Part shown: positions 26,601 through 37,022 of the stretch, one piece after another | How the letters are laid out: the number at the start of each line of letters is the position of its first letter | How positions within the stretch are numbered: the stretch's first letter is position 1 | From: Schizochytrium sp. TIO01 | Lineage: Eukaryota > Protista > Bigyra: Labyrinthulomycetes | Assembly: GCA_004764695.1 (NCBI GenBank) | Contig: SMSO01000032.1 | Coordinates: forward strand, 496,001 to 560,000 | DNA: 64,000 bases | Direction of reading: 5' to 3' | Notes under the pieces: generated by a model | Told to the model about the DNA's origin: nothing | The model's input: only the letters and a program-made list of their open reading frames with translations | Database searches by the model: none | Position numbers and translations under genes: made by a program

Positions 26601-27348
26601 CTAAACAGGCGTGTTGCACTGCATGCCCCTGGCTGCAAACGCCGCCAATCTAGTCCATATATGTGATAAACGCTATCCTGCTTCAACGTGTTGAGTCATT
26701 TGGACATGGTATTCTAGAAGTAAGGGGGGCAACGCACCTTGTTTTGGTGCGATGTCGTCAGGTCCATATCTATTTTCGGTGGAGGTGCACACGAGTTCAA
26801 TAGCTTGCTAGGTTATGCCAAGCGCTAAGCTACGCAAGGTTCCTTCCCAGCCAAACTAAATCGTCAATGAATTTGTAACAATCCCAAAGCGAGAAGCCCC
26901 ACGATACTTTCTATCACATGACTACAAGGGCATATCAAATAAAATCGAGATTTGGAGTACCCAGCTTGCATCATTCAACTTTATTTCAGTTGAATTCATG
27001 AAGCGTCTGTCTGGTCTCATAAGCTTGCTGATGCAAGGAGCAAGATGATAATATCCAGGCAATACGACCGTGTTTCATTCACTGAAGCGTAAAGTCTTAC
27101 GAAGGAAGAATCTATGGACAGAAAGGGATAAATGCACGCCTTGATCAGTGCATATATATCACTCTTATCTCAAGAAAACCTTAAGGTAGCCGATCAAAGA
27201 GTCTCTTCAAGCTCTTTCACAGAATAGCTTCGTCAGAACGCAAATGCTCTGGCGTTACGTGGTAAGGAGTAGTGTGAGGCCACACTCGATTGCCGAACCC
27301 ACTCTGCCACACGACTTAGCGCCGACTAAAATCTCTGCATCTGTTTGG

Positions 27349-27640
27349 CTCCATAGGGGAGTCTTCACAGTTCAAGATATCAGAGCCATCGGTCTTGATA
27401 GATTGACTATGCCGTACATCCTCTCTGCTGCTTTTTACCCTGGTGGGAACCCCTAGCCGCAGGGCCAGTCCTCCACGAGGAGCTTTTACTCGATAGGAGA
27501 GTCTTCACACAACTCAAGATGCCAGAGCCATCTGGTCTTGATAGATCGACCATAATAAATATCCCCTGCGCTGCTTGTCACCTTCATAGTTCCCGGAAGC
27601 CACAAGGCCTCTCTTTCTCTGCACCACGGGCTTTTCTCAA
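27349..27640. repeat. Diverged tandem duplication, 140-bp period
   Basis: ATAGG.GAGTCTTCACA..TCAAGAT..CAGAGCCATC.GGTCTTGATAGAT.GAC occurs at 27353 and again at 27493. Similarity continues through ATCC..GCTGCTT..ACC..GCC.CA.GGCC..GCTTTT. Confidence 0.85.
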
Positions 27641-28709
27641 TTCTAGCTAAAGGTTTGCTTGTAGAAAGGGCTCCCTCCGAGGCATACCTGTTTCGCTGGT
27701 ATCACCCGCCCTTTTCAAAAACCCAAAAGAACAAAACCTGGATGCCAACCGATGTCGAGCCTTGGCAAGGGTTGCAAGGCTAGCTCGCGCCGGCCCAATA
27801 CGCACCGCCCACGTTGTATGCCTTGTCCAGGCGAGGCTCTGGTGAGCATCTTGAATTTGAAGTCTGTATAATCCCTAAAGAAAAGAGAAGTAGAGAGATT
27901 TGAATTCGTGTGCCCTTCTTTTTTTCTTTTTTTAAATTTAAATTAAAAGCAGGGCGGAACATGAGTCTCATAGTAATTCCCTTTGGAGGCGTCATCACTT
28001 TCCGTTCTAATAAAAGGGAACGCGCCTGTATTTGACCAAACAGGCAAAGAACAGCGCGAGAATGAATTTCAAGTTGACTTCAAGAATCTCGCGCCGCCTC
28101 GGTGCACAGCAGAAGCAGCAGCAGAAGCGGTAGAGCCCTGAGCACAAGACGGGGCACCAGTATTAGCTGGTGAGCCTGGGCGTGGTTTACAAACGACAGT
28201 TCTGTTTCAGGTCTAGAGCTGCCAGTATTCCTGGTCTATTGTTCATTATACTGGTCTTAGAAGCAAGCAGCCGTGGCTGCTGCACCCACGAGATAGATCA
28301 CCATTCACGGTAATTCCAAGCACTCCTCCTTACGAAAAATAAGCAGCCTGATCCCCCGATGATCACCACCACGAGGACGCGGCCGGCCTCCGACCTCGCG
28401 AGCCAACCTCCTGTGCGACCCCCCACGATCAGACCGCAGGTTCACGAGCCGCATCCATCGCAACTTGCTTGCCTGCTTGCTTAGGCATTCGGGATCTGCT
28501 GGCTACCACTATTTGTTTCACCGCTCGCTTCTCGCGTCTCCTCCAACTATCTAGCCCCATCCATCCATCCATCACCTCTGCGAAGGAGCGACCAGGGCCG
28601 GCACAGGTTCAACCGTAGCCTTCGTCACGACCAACGGGCCTATCGCAAGGCGGCTTGCCTGGGCTTGCCTACGTGAAGCGAGCCCTCGCTCCCATTTCAA
28701 AACTGCCTG

Positions 28710-29406
28710 CCTCTGCTCTGCTCTGCTCCGCTCTGCTCTGCAGTCAGACAGTCAGTCAGTCAGTCAGTCAGTCACTTCGTTCCCTCCTCCCACGCCTCGC
28801 GAAGGGAGGCCCACAAAGCCTGTTCTTGGTCGCGAAGATTCCGGTTTGGCGGCGGCCGCCAAATCACATAGCTATTTCTTCCCCCCTTGGAGTGAGTTAT
28901 TTGCTTATTACCAGGAAATTAGACGACTAAAATTCAAAATCGCTGCCGCTCGCTACCTCCCTCCGCCGCGGATCGAGCGCCTTTGCCTGGCGAAGCGACG
29001 CACCCGCCCATCGGGTCCCGCGCCGCCCTCCGCCTGTCAGCAGCGAGGCGGCGGCGGCGGCGGCAGGCAAAGGCGTCTTTCAGCCCGAGACTCTGGCCGC
29101 CACTGCGATCTTGGAGCTCCAACTTCTCCTGCCGCTTCGCGTTTTGCTCTCGAAGAGAAGCTGAATTTCCTGATTTCCTCGTCCCAACAAACAAACAAAC
29201 GAAGAAAGAACAAACAAAGAACAAAGAACAAACAAGCAAACAAAGAACAAAAGGCAAAGAACAAGCGAGAGAAAACTTTTCAAAAGCAGGCAGAACTAAC
29301 TTCCGCGCCTACCACTTGCCTACCCTCCGCTAGCACCTCCCGGGTTCCTGGCGGCGCCGCCTGCCGCGAGACTATCCGCCATCTTACCGAAAACCTTAGC
29401 AGTAAC

Positions 29407-29446
<40 letters not shown>

Positions 29447-29868
29447 TCAGGCAGCTAGCTCTCCCTGCGTCTGTTGGAATAGCGATCGCGATCTTGAAAA
29501 CAAGCTGAGGCCCGCTCCAGCCCACCACCACCACCACCACCACCACCAGCCCGAGGGTCTCAGCCGAGCGGCCTCGAAAAGCTGCAGACCTCGCTCGAAG
29601 TCGAAGTTGCGGTGCCTCGGCCGATGCCGGATTTCAGAGGAAAGATGGACGGGCGCACGGTCCGCCCAGCGGCTGGAGTCCTATACGGGCCTAAGGGGGC
29701 CTAAGGGGGTGTGTCCGTCAGGTCCAGATTTCTGCCGTTCGGATACTAGTAGTTTGGCCGATTCAGCGGCGGCCAAGAATGCCCCAGCTCTCTCTGCCTG
29801 CATTTATGTATGTATGTTTGTATGTATGTATGTATGTATGTATGTATGTAGTATGTATGTATGTATGT
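28710..29868. repeat. Microsatellite cluster: (CTCTG)n, (CAGT)n, (GGC)n, AAAC-rich, (CTTT)n, (CCA)n, (TATG)n
   Basis: Arrays visible near 28710, 28742, 29047, 29185, 29407, 29523 and 29806. Confidence 0.9.
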
Positions 29869-32568
29869 GTGGATCGAAGTGAAGTGGTTCGAGGCGGCTG
29901 GTGCCGGTGGAGGAGAAGCAGCCCGCCTGCCTGCTTGAGGCCCCGCTTTGCGCGGCAGCTGCACGGCCTGGCCCTGGTTTCCGCGAGTTTTGCGGGGCGC
30001 CCTTTTGGAGATCTACCTACCGGTTCTTTTTGAAGGCTTTATTTTATTTTTTGGTCCTTTTTGTTTGGTTGGTTAAGTAAGTATTGGTAATGAATACGTA
30101 AAACAGGAAAAGGGGAAAAAACGAAACACTTTCAAGAAACGCGGAGGAAAGGTGCTTTGAAAGAGGAGGATGATTCTTGGATGGAGAGAGATGAAGACCG
30201 CGCTCGAAAGTTTCTTGGGCGCCTCTGCATATACATGTAGAGCTGGAGAAGAAGACTGAGGTACCTATTTTGAGGGTTAGATTCGCATTCTCGCATTCCT
30301 ACATTCATTGCAAAACCCAAGAAGAGCCCATGCCTACAGCCATCTGTAGAGTAGCTAGATAGTTATGGTTGGTTGATTGGGCCTTGGGCAGGTTGCCTTT
30401 TGGGGCTTGATACAAGCGAGGCGGCAGAGCATGGGGCAGAAGGTGAGGACCCGGTGAATTCAGAGTCGAGCTGAAGGTCAAGATCGGGAGACGCCAGGAT
30501 TGATTGGCCAGGCTAGAGCTTCTGCGAGATGATTTTGGATTTACCTTTTGCAGGCAGCAGCACCTACGGTACCGAGGTCGCGATGAATGTGATAAATGCA
30601 TGGCCTAGCATCGTTCACCGCAAGCTCCAAGCAATTGCACGAGTTGCTGCCGCACCCCCGTGGCACCTAACATATATATATATATATATCTATTTGCGAG
30701 AGAGAGAAATTGAATGCGACACCATCGTCTCGAAGGTGGGAGCCTGCGCAATCAAACTTCAAGATGCCTAGCAGGCAGAAGTGCCTGTGTATCTATAGAT
30801 GCCCTTACTATGCAGGAGGGAGAAGTTCGAGGTAACGAGCATCAACAATCAGGCAGGCAGGCAGGCCAGACCGTGCTACTATGGTGGACTCTCAAACTTC
30901 AGGAATATTTCAAGAAGCTGCTCGCAGGAGCCGTACGAGGCTGCGATTTATGCTCGGGATGACTCTCGCCTTCGTTGCAGTGCGCCAGGAATTAAAGCAG
31001 CACACCGCTTGCACTGTTTTCACCTATGGCAGTGCGAATTGGTCGGCATAACATCCGTCGCTTGTTCCACACTAATCAATAAATCACAATCACTTGGAAT
31101 CGCAACGAAACAACAAACAAGGAGATCGCTCGCGGTGCCATAATGAGGTCGCCTCCGCCAAAGAGCGCCAACCCAACACACTGCTTCGAATCGAACATTG
31201 CGTTGGCTTAACTTACCTTGAAAGCTGCTTGAAGCTGCCATCGTCCTACCCACCGAGAAATCGTGCACTCCATCCATGATGTTTAGCAGCAGCTGCTTGA
31301 TGGAAATACTGGAACCGCGCAAAACCATGCCCCAGCAAAGGTAACTGGCCGAGAAATCCATGGAATGAACTGCGCCGACGCTTTCCATCATGAAGCCAAA
31401 GTCACTGTTGAGTTAATAGCTAGTAGGTTTATGTACCTACCGCGTCCACGGCTTCTCCCGAGAAAAAGGAATTCACAGCCAAGAACAGCATTGGCTGATC
31501 GTGGCAATCCAAGCTGGGAGAGACGCTATCAGTACCTGTTATGTATATATATATCGCCTGCCAAGAACCAAACAAAGCAAAGCAAAGCAAAACAAAAACA
31601 AGCATGTGCCACTATTGAGGGCCAGCAGCAGCAGCACGGAGTAGCAAGCAGCCCAAGTTTCTATCTGTCAATCGGCCGTAGTGCGTGAAATGACGGCCCG
31701 CTACTATGAGGTTACTTGCATATCGTGTTTTCATGCTCAAACTGCGACCGATATCTTTAGAAAAAGAGACTTGCGAAAAGTGAATCTGATTCGAGGAGCA
31801 CCAGGTCCAATAGGAAGGAAAGCGCTGCGGTAGTTATGGTGCGGATATTACATGAATTGGTTGAGGACAACGCAAAATGGGGTCAAATTGGGTTGCACAT
31901 TCTTTGGAAGAAAAAGGCCTGTGCGCAACGCAGCGCAACGCCGCGCAACCCGATTTGCCTTGAAGGAAGATGGTGGTGTCAAGAATTTGTGTCAATTATT
32001 TTTTTTAAGTTATGATGGAAGAAGAAGAAGATTAAGTTTGAGCTTGAAGTTTATAAAGTCATTACCTTGGGATGTTCAACAGCCTAGCGCTGCAGCGCGG
32101 CAGCCGCTGTCTCCATATTGGCACGCGGCTGTGCTTCCGTGTTGTAGCTTGCTGTTCTCGAAAACTCCTCACCAACAGTTTGATGGATCCTGTGGCTAGG
32201 TATTGCCAAACTTGAACTCGTACCTAGCTAGGTCGATAATCTTCCGCCATCGCACTCACGCTGCACCTGGATTTGCAAGACAATGCCAAGCATGTAATCT
32301 TGTGGTGCCTCAGGACCACATCTCTGCTGCCTTCATCGCGTGCGTGGATTACTTTTCAAAATTTGTGGCAACGAACCTGCGATCCTCGACTTGCGAGCCT
32401 GGGCATTTGAAATGACTGACTCGCCAGAAGACTGATGTTGCTCCGTGTACTCAGCGTATGCTTATGCATTGCTTAACGTGGAGGTGCACGGGAAGAGTCG
32501 TCCCGTTGGCAATTCAGCCACCTATCACACGGCTTCTGCAGTAGTCTCTCTAGCCCAGAATGTCAGCG

Positions 32569-32569
32569 A

Positions 32570-32612
<43 letters not shown>
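32569..32612. repeat. (TTGC)n microsatellite
   Basis: About 11 perfect units. Confidence 0.95.
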
Positions 32613-32613
<1 letters not shown>

Positions 32614-33940
32614 AACATTATCCGCGATCCCTCGCTCACCCGATGATGCCTACTGACTACAACTCAACCACTACACTGCAACTGACAGCCAGCTCGTGCC
32701 AGTTCTCCGAACACGCTGCACAAAGACAGACCGTCCAAGCTTCGCTCAAAACAAGCACCGCTTGCTCCTTGAAAGTTACTTTCTAGCTAGCGACACAAAG
32801 ATTTTGGCCATGTGGCAAGTTTGACGAAGCCGCTGTCAACATGTTCGAGGTGGTGAGATTCACGCCTCTCAAAGTCCAAGTGCTTCAGCCATACTGAGAA
32901 GATCCACGGACTTAGCTAGCTCTTCATTCGAGGCTGGCTGATTTAGGCAGTCCTAACTGTATTGGGTTGGTTCATTCCCTCATTCGTTCTCTCATTCACT
33001 CACTCACTCACTCATTGCTGTTTGGATTCTAGAGCTCAGCCCGACGCCCTTAATGACCCCAGCGCAGTTCGCGCAATGTTTCCTCCCGCTTTGCTTTCGA
33101 GAGGGTCTTCGTTTGCGACTTCCTCGTAAAACACAGCATATGCCGCTGCATCCACATCTTGCTTGCCCCAAGAAGAAATAGGATCTCCCTCCAAGTGCCT
33201 GCCATCGTTAAGTTCCAAAGACGAGGTTCTCAAGACTTCTGCCAACAAGCCGCAGCGACTCACTCACTCACTCGCTCCCGAGTCTTGATGCCTACATCCT
33301 CAGGTCTCTCTGCCTTGGAACTGTAGGTGCTTTCTTCTAAACCTCTCACGCACAGCGATACTGCTGCTGCTGCTGCTGCTGCTGGCTGGCGCAAACCTCC
33401 GCAGGTCTTTGGCGAGACCCGCAGGTCTTCTCATACCGAGGCCAACGATACTAGACATCCGACTTTAAGTTTCTGCACTCCAGCCTGCTCCAGTCGCGCG
33501 GTTTTCGACTGCTCCCTTGGCTTTCTCTCGAGCTTGCGAAGCATCTCCAGGTCAGCGACCACAGCAGTGCAGTCAACGGCTGGCATGGCATGGCATGGCA
33601 TGGCATGGCTTCATTACTCCTGCGACGAAGTAGTGCAACTTGAAGAGCAGCATCGCCGCGAGCCAGAATCTAGAGATGACATATGACGACTTCTGGAGAA
33701 TGGATAACTTGAGGCGCACAAGCGAGCAACTTTCGCAAGATCGAGCCTCGACAAGCCGCCGTAACGCAGCGGCCCTGAGCCACGAGCGATCAAGTCTGCA
33801 TTCTATCTATCGAAAGCGCCGCTCTTCAAACTTGACTTTGACGTACAGAAAACACATCAGGGGGTGCGCCCCTCAAGAGTCTTGTAGTTAAATTCTCCGC
33901 AGCAAGACCGCCACTCCGTGCAGAGAACTTCCAACTCGGT

Positions 33941-33986
33941 CAAACAAACAAACAAACAAACAAACAAACAAACAAACAAACAAACA
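33941..33986. repeat. (CAAA)n microsatellite
   Basis: About 11 perfect units. Confidence 0.95.
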
Positions 33987-34638
33987 GAGAATTCCTTACA
34001 AGCAGTTACAAGCAACAACACACAAACAGCCGCAAACCGCGACGAGCAGTCAGTGCTTCTACAGCAGACAGCCGGCCGTGGCCCTGCTGCACGCAGACCT
34101 GACCGCGAGCCCAACTTGGCGGCGCTCCCCAAGTTCAACGACTCGCCTCCCTCTTCCTCACCTTGAAATAACAATTACCGGGCTAGCGAGCTAGGCTTTG
34201 AAAGAAGAGAGAGAAGCAATATGGCTTCCCACTTAGCCTCCACAAAAACGCAGGCCTAGGCCGCACTGCTACCGGTTTTCCTTAGTCGCCCTGGTACCAA
34301 TTTCGCCAGTAAATGTATTTTCTGCGCGGCACAGTTCGATACGGGTCCAAGCAGAGCCGGGCGTGCCGTGGACGAGATCGCACTCGGGGGTCAATTTTGT
34401 GGCGCCAAGTCCGCACACTCCAATGGCGCCGATGCCGCAACGTTCGCTTCTCGCCAACCATTCGCCCCGCGACGCAGGAACGCCGCCGGAGCGCCGCCTG
34501 CAGCAAACGCAGAGCCCCGCTATGCTTCGCTTTGCTCCAGTCGAGCTCCCAGGACTGACTGACTGGCCGACGGAGTGTGGCTGCTCGCTCGCTCGGGGCT
34601 CCAGACTCTCATTTTTCCAATATGCGAATAGTTTATTT

Positions 34639-34642
<4 letters not shown>

Positions 34643-34681
<39 letters not shown>

Positions 34682-34682
34682 C
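34643..34682. repeat. (AT)n microsatellite
   Basis: Read directly. Confidence 0.95.
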
Positions 34683-36085
34683 ATAGATAGGCAGATGATA
34701 CGTACGCTTTTTTCAAGTCTCCACTAAAGTCTTTTTGTTTCGGGTTGTCTTCGGATCGATCGTTTATTTCTTTCTTGACCGCTCAGACCGCTCTCTGCTG
34801 GTTGGGCACATCACATCAACCCAAGGGTGTACTTCCCGACCTTTACAAAGGTCATTTCGATAGGGGACTTAATATAGGTGTCCCACTCACGGGCGGCAAA
34901 GATGCAGTGAATAAATGTATACAAGTTTGCGGGTCGGTCGCTCTGGAGGGCTAATATAGCAGGAGGTAGAGGAGGTGGACAGGACTTGTATCAATAATAG
35001 TGAAAGGTGAGTGCATGCCGTGAGGCGCGTGCAAGTTGAATAAAGGGAGGTGATGATACTTCCTTATCACGGTGAAAGAGCTGACTGCTATAGTAGGCCT
35101 TATGATGATTCTAACTAAAAAGTTTGTACCTACCTACTAAACATTTTAAAAAAAATTGATATGCAGAGAGTGAGTGAGTGAGTGAGTGAATGACTATGAG
35201 GACCGTACCTATGCTCTTGGCTCGACTATTGTCTTGCGAATCGTGACAGACTCGGATGCGCTGGCCAAGGTTGAAACTGGCTGACCCTTCGCTCACGCTG
35301 TGAGCGGATTTAGCCAAGGTTGATCTTCTTCATTTGTCTTCAATCGACAAGGAAGAAGATTCAAGCAGATGAGAGAAGTGAGAAGTATCACCGTTTGCTC
35401 AGTAATACATTCATTCATTCACTCACTCAATCAATCAATGAATCACTCGTTCAAGTTTTCATTTGATTTATCTATATTTTTAATAAATGAAACATGCCAA
35501 GAGCGAATCGAATCGTTAGAATCAAGGTTGGCGCTGCTCAGAGCTGCAGCTGAGGCCGCCGACAGCAGAAGCATTCATGCATGCATGCATGCATGCATCT
35601 GAGGACGCCATTCAGGTTTCCATCGTGACGCCCAGCTGCTTTGCTGCTGCTTCGGTGAACTTTGTGCAGAAGAAAGAAACCTAGCAGGCAGCTGCTTCTA
35701 ACCCAATTCCATCGATGGGCACCAAGAACTCCTTCCCAAAGTGCGAATAGGTAGCCGAAGTTTTGGCAGCGGCGCATTCCTTCATCGCCTCTGAACTTTG
35801 CAAAGACCGTCGCGTAGGGCCTAGGAGCCGTAGCGGTGCTCAAATGCGAGCGAAGAATAAATAACAAGTGAGGTAAAAACAACTAAGTAGGTCCTTAGGA
35901 CTAGCAGGTCCTAGCACTAAGGAGAGGCGCTCGAAGTGAGCGCGTCAAGCGACAGCAAATTCGATTCGATCGTAAGCGATCAAGGCCAAGGCAAACAAAC
36001 TCCAAACCTTCTTTTTGCAGGAATCACATCGAGGCGAAGTCAGGCGACTTGATCAGGACACATCATCATTTGATCTTCAGGCACA

Positions 36086-36823
36086 ATGGCGTTCGCATCA
36101 GTGCTCCGTCGCGTCCCGCACGCACGTCTCGCAGCTCCTCTCCGCACGACTCGCCCACTTGCCTCAAAAGCAGCGGTTCTTGCAGAGCCGTCGCCTGCCA
36201 TTTTTGCAAGCGCAGGTACCGAGACGATTGATGTCAATGCCATCAATAATGTCATTCATGCTGCTAAACCCGAGTTCCAAGCAGAGTTGAAACCTGCAGA
36301 ACCGGCGGCATACACCCAATTGCCTGGCCCTCGCACATTCTTTGTGGAACATGGTGTCAGCGTGCTGAGCTTGACAAGCAACCGCCGCTTGGATGCCACG
36401 CAATTCCTCTCCGGTGTCTTTAGAACTGTAGTGGAGCATGGCGTTGAGGCCGACATGGTGGCCAGCTCTGTGAGCTCGGTGGCATTGGCATTCAAGAGAC
36501 CGGCATCTGGTCCGACAGGACTGACAGAGCGGGTCTCCGCTCTCGCGGCGGCTCTGGAGCCTGTGGGTGTGGTAAGCAACTTCTCGCAAGGCCATGCACT
36601 CATCGAGTGTGAAACACGTGGGTGTACAGATGAAGGCACTTGCGAGTTTCAGAGCGAGATCTACCGAGTCTTCGCGGCGCACGGTATCCAAAGCCACCTT
36701 TTTATGAGCCAGGCCCGCAGGCGTGATGAGGAGCACACTCTCTTGCGCGTTGTGGTCCATGAGGAGGATGTTGAGCGCGCAGTTGCTCAGCTCGTCAATT
36801 CAGAGCTCTTTGTGCCCGCATAA
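36086..36823 (+). CDS. Stand-alone aspartokinase regulatory-type tandem ACT-domain protein with predicted mitochondrial presequence
   Basis: SVLSLTSNRRLDATQFLSGVFRTVVEHGVEADMVASSVSSVALAF aligns without gaps to LysC ACT1 (TLLTLHSLNMLHSRGFLAEVFGILARHNISVDLITTSEVSVALTL). The second ACT ends VVVHEEDVERAVAQL. The first 33 aa are Arg-rich with no acidic residue; gcacaATGg context; no kinase domain. Confidence 0.85.
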   Translation: MAFASVLRRVPHARLAAPLRTTRPLASKAAVLAEPSPAIFASAGTETIDVNAINNVIHAAKPEFQAELKPAEPAAYTQLPGPRTFFVEHGVSVLSLTSNRRLDATQFLSGVFRTVVEHGVEADMVASSVSSVALAFKRPASGPTGLTERVSALAAALEPVGVVSNFSQGHALIECETRGCTDEGTCEFQSEIYRVFAAHGIQSHLFMSQARRRDEEHTLLRVVVHEEDVERAVAQLVNSELFVPA

Positions 36824-36984
36824 GCTCAACACTAATTTGAAGATTCTAGATATAAAACTCTGCCACGAACAACGATCTCTCCTGCTCATATGCGCGAGTA
36901 ATCCAATCCTTACATCCAAAGTGCGTGCATGAAAATACGTACACATCCTTACTACGCACAAACTAATCCTGCGACACACGAACC

Positions 36985-37022
36985 ATACATACATACATAC
37001 CTACATACATACATACATACAT
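36985..37022. repeat. (ATAC)n microsatellite downstream of the ACT gene
   Basis: Read directly, with one interruption. Confidence 0.9.

Noticed and set aside
27468-27481. HDV-ribozyme-like P3/L3 (TCC TCCACGA GGA)
   Set aside because: No complementary P1 strand or P1.1 GG in the required positions.
28846-29508. 220-aa ORF
   Set aside because: TTG start and composed largely of translated SSRs.
33036-33263. PISSWGKQDV resembling a SAM-domain start
   Set aside because: The rest of the SAM pattern is absent and there is no ATG start.
36164-36760. 198-aa minus-strand ORF
   Set aside because: Antisense shadow of the ACT gene.
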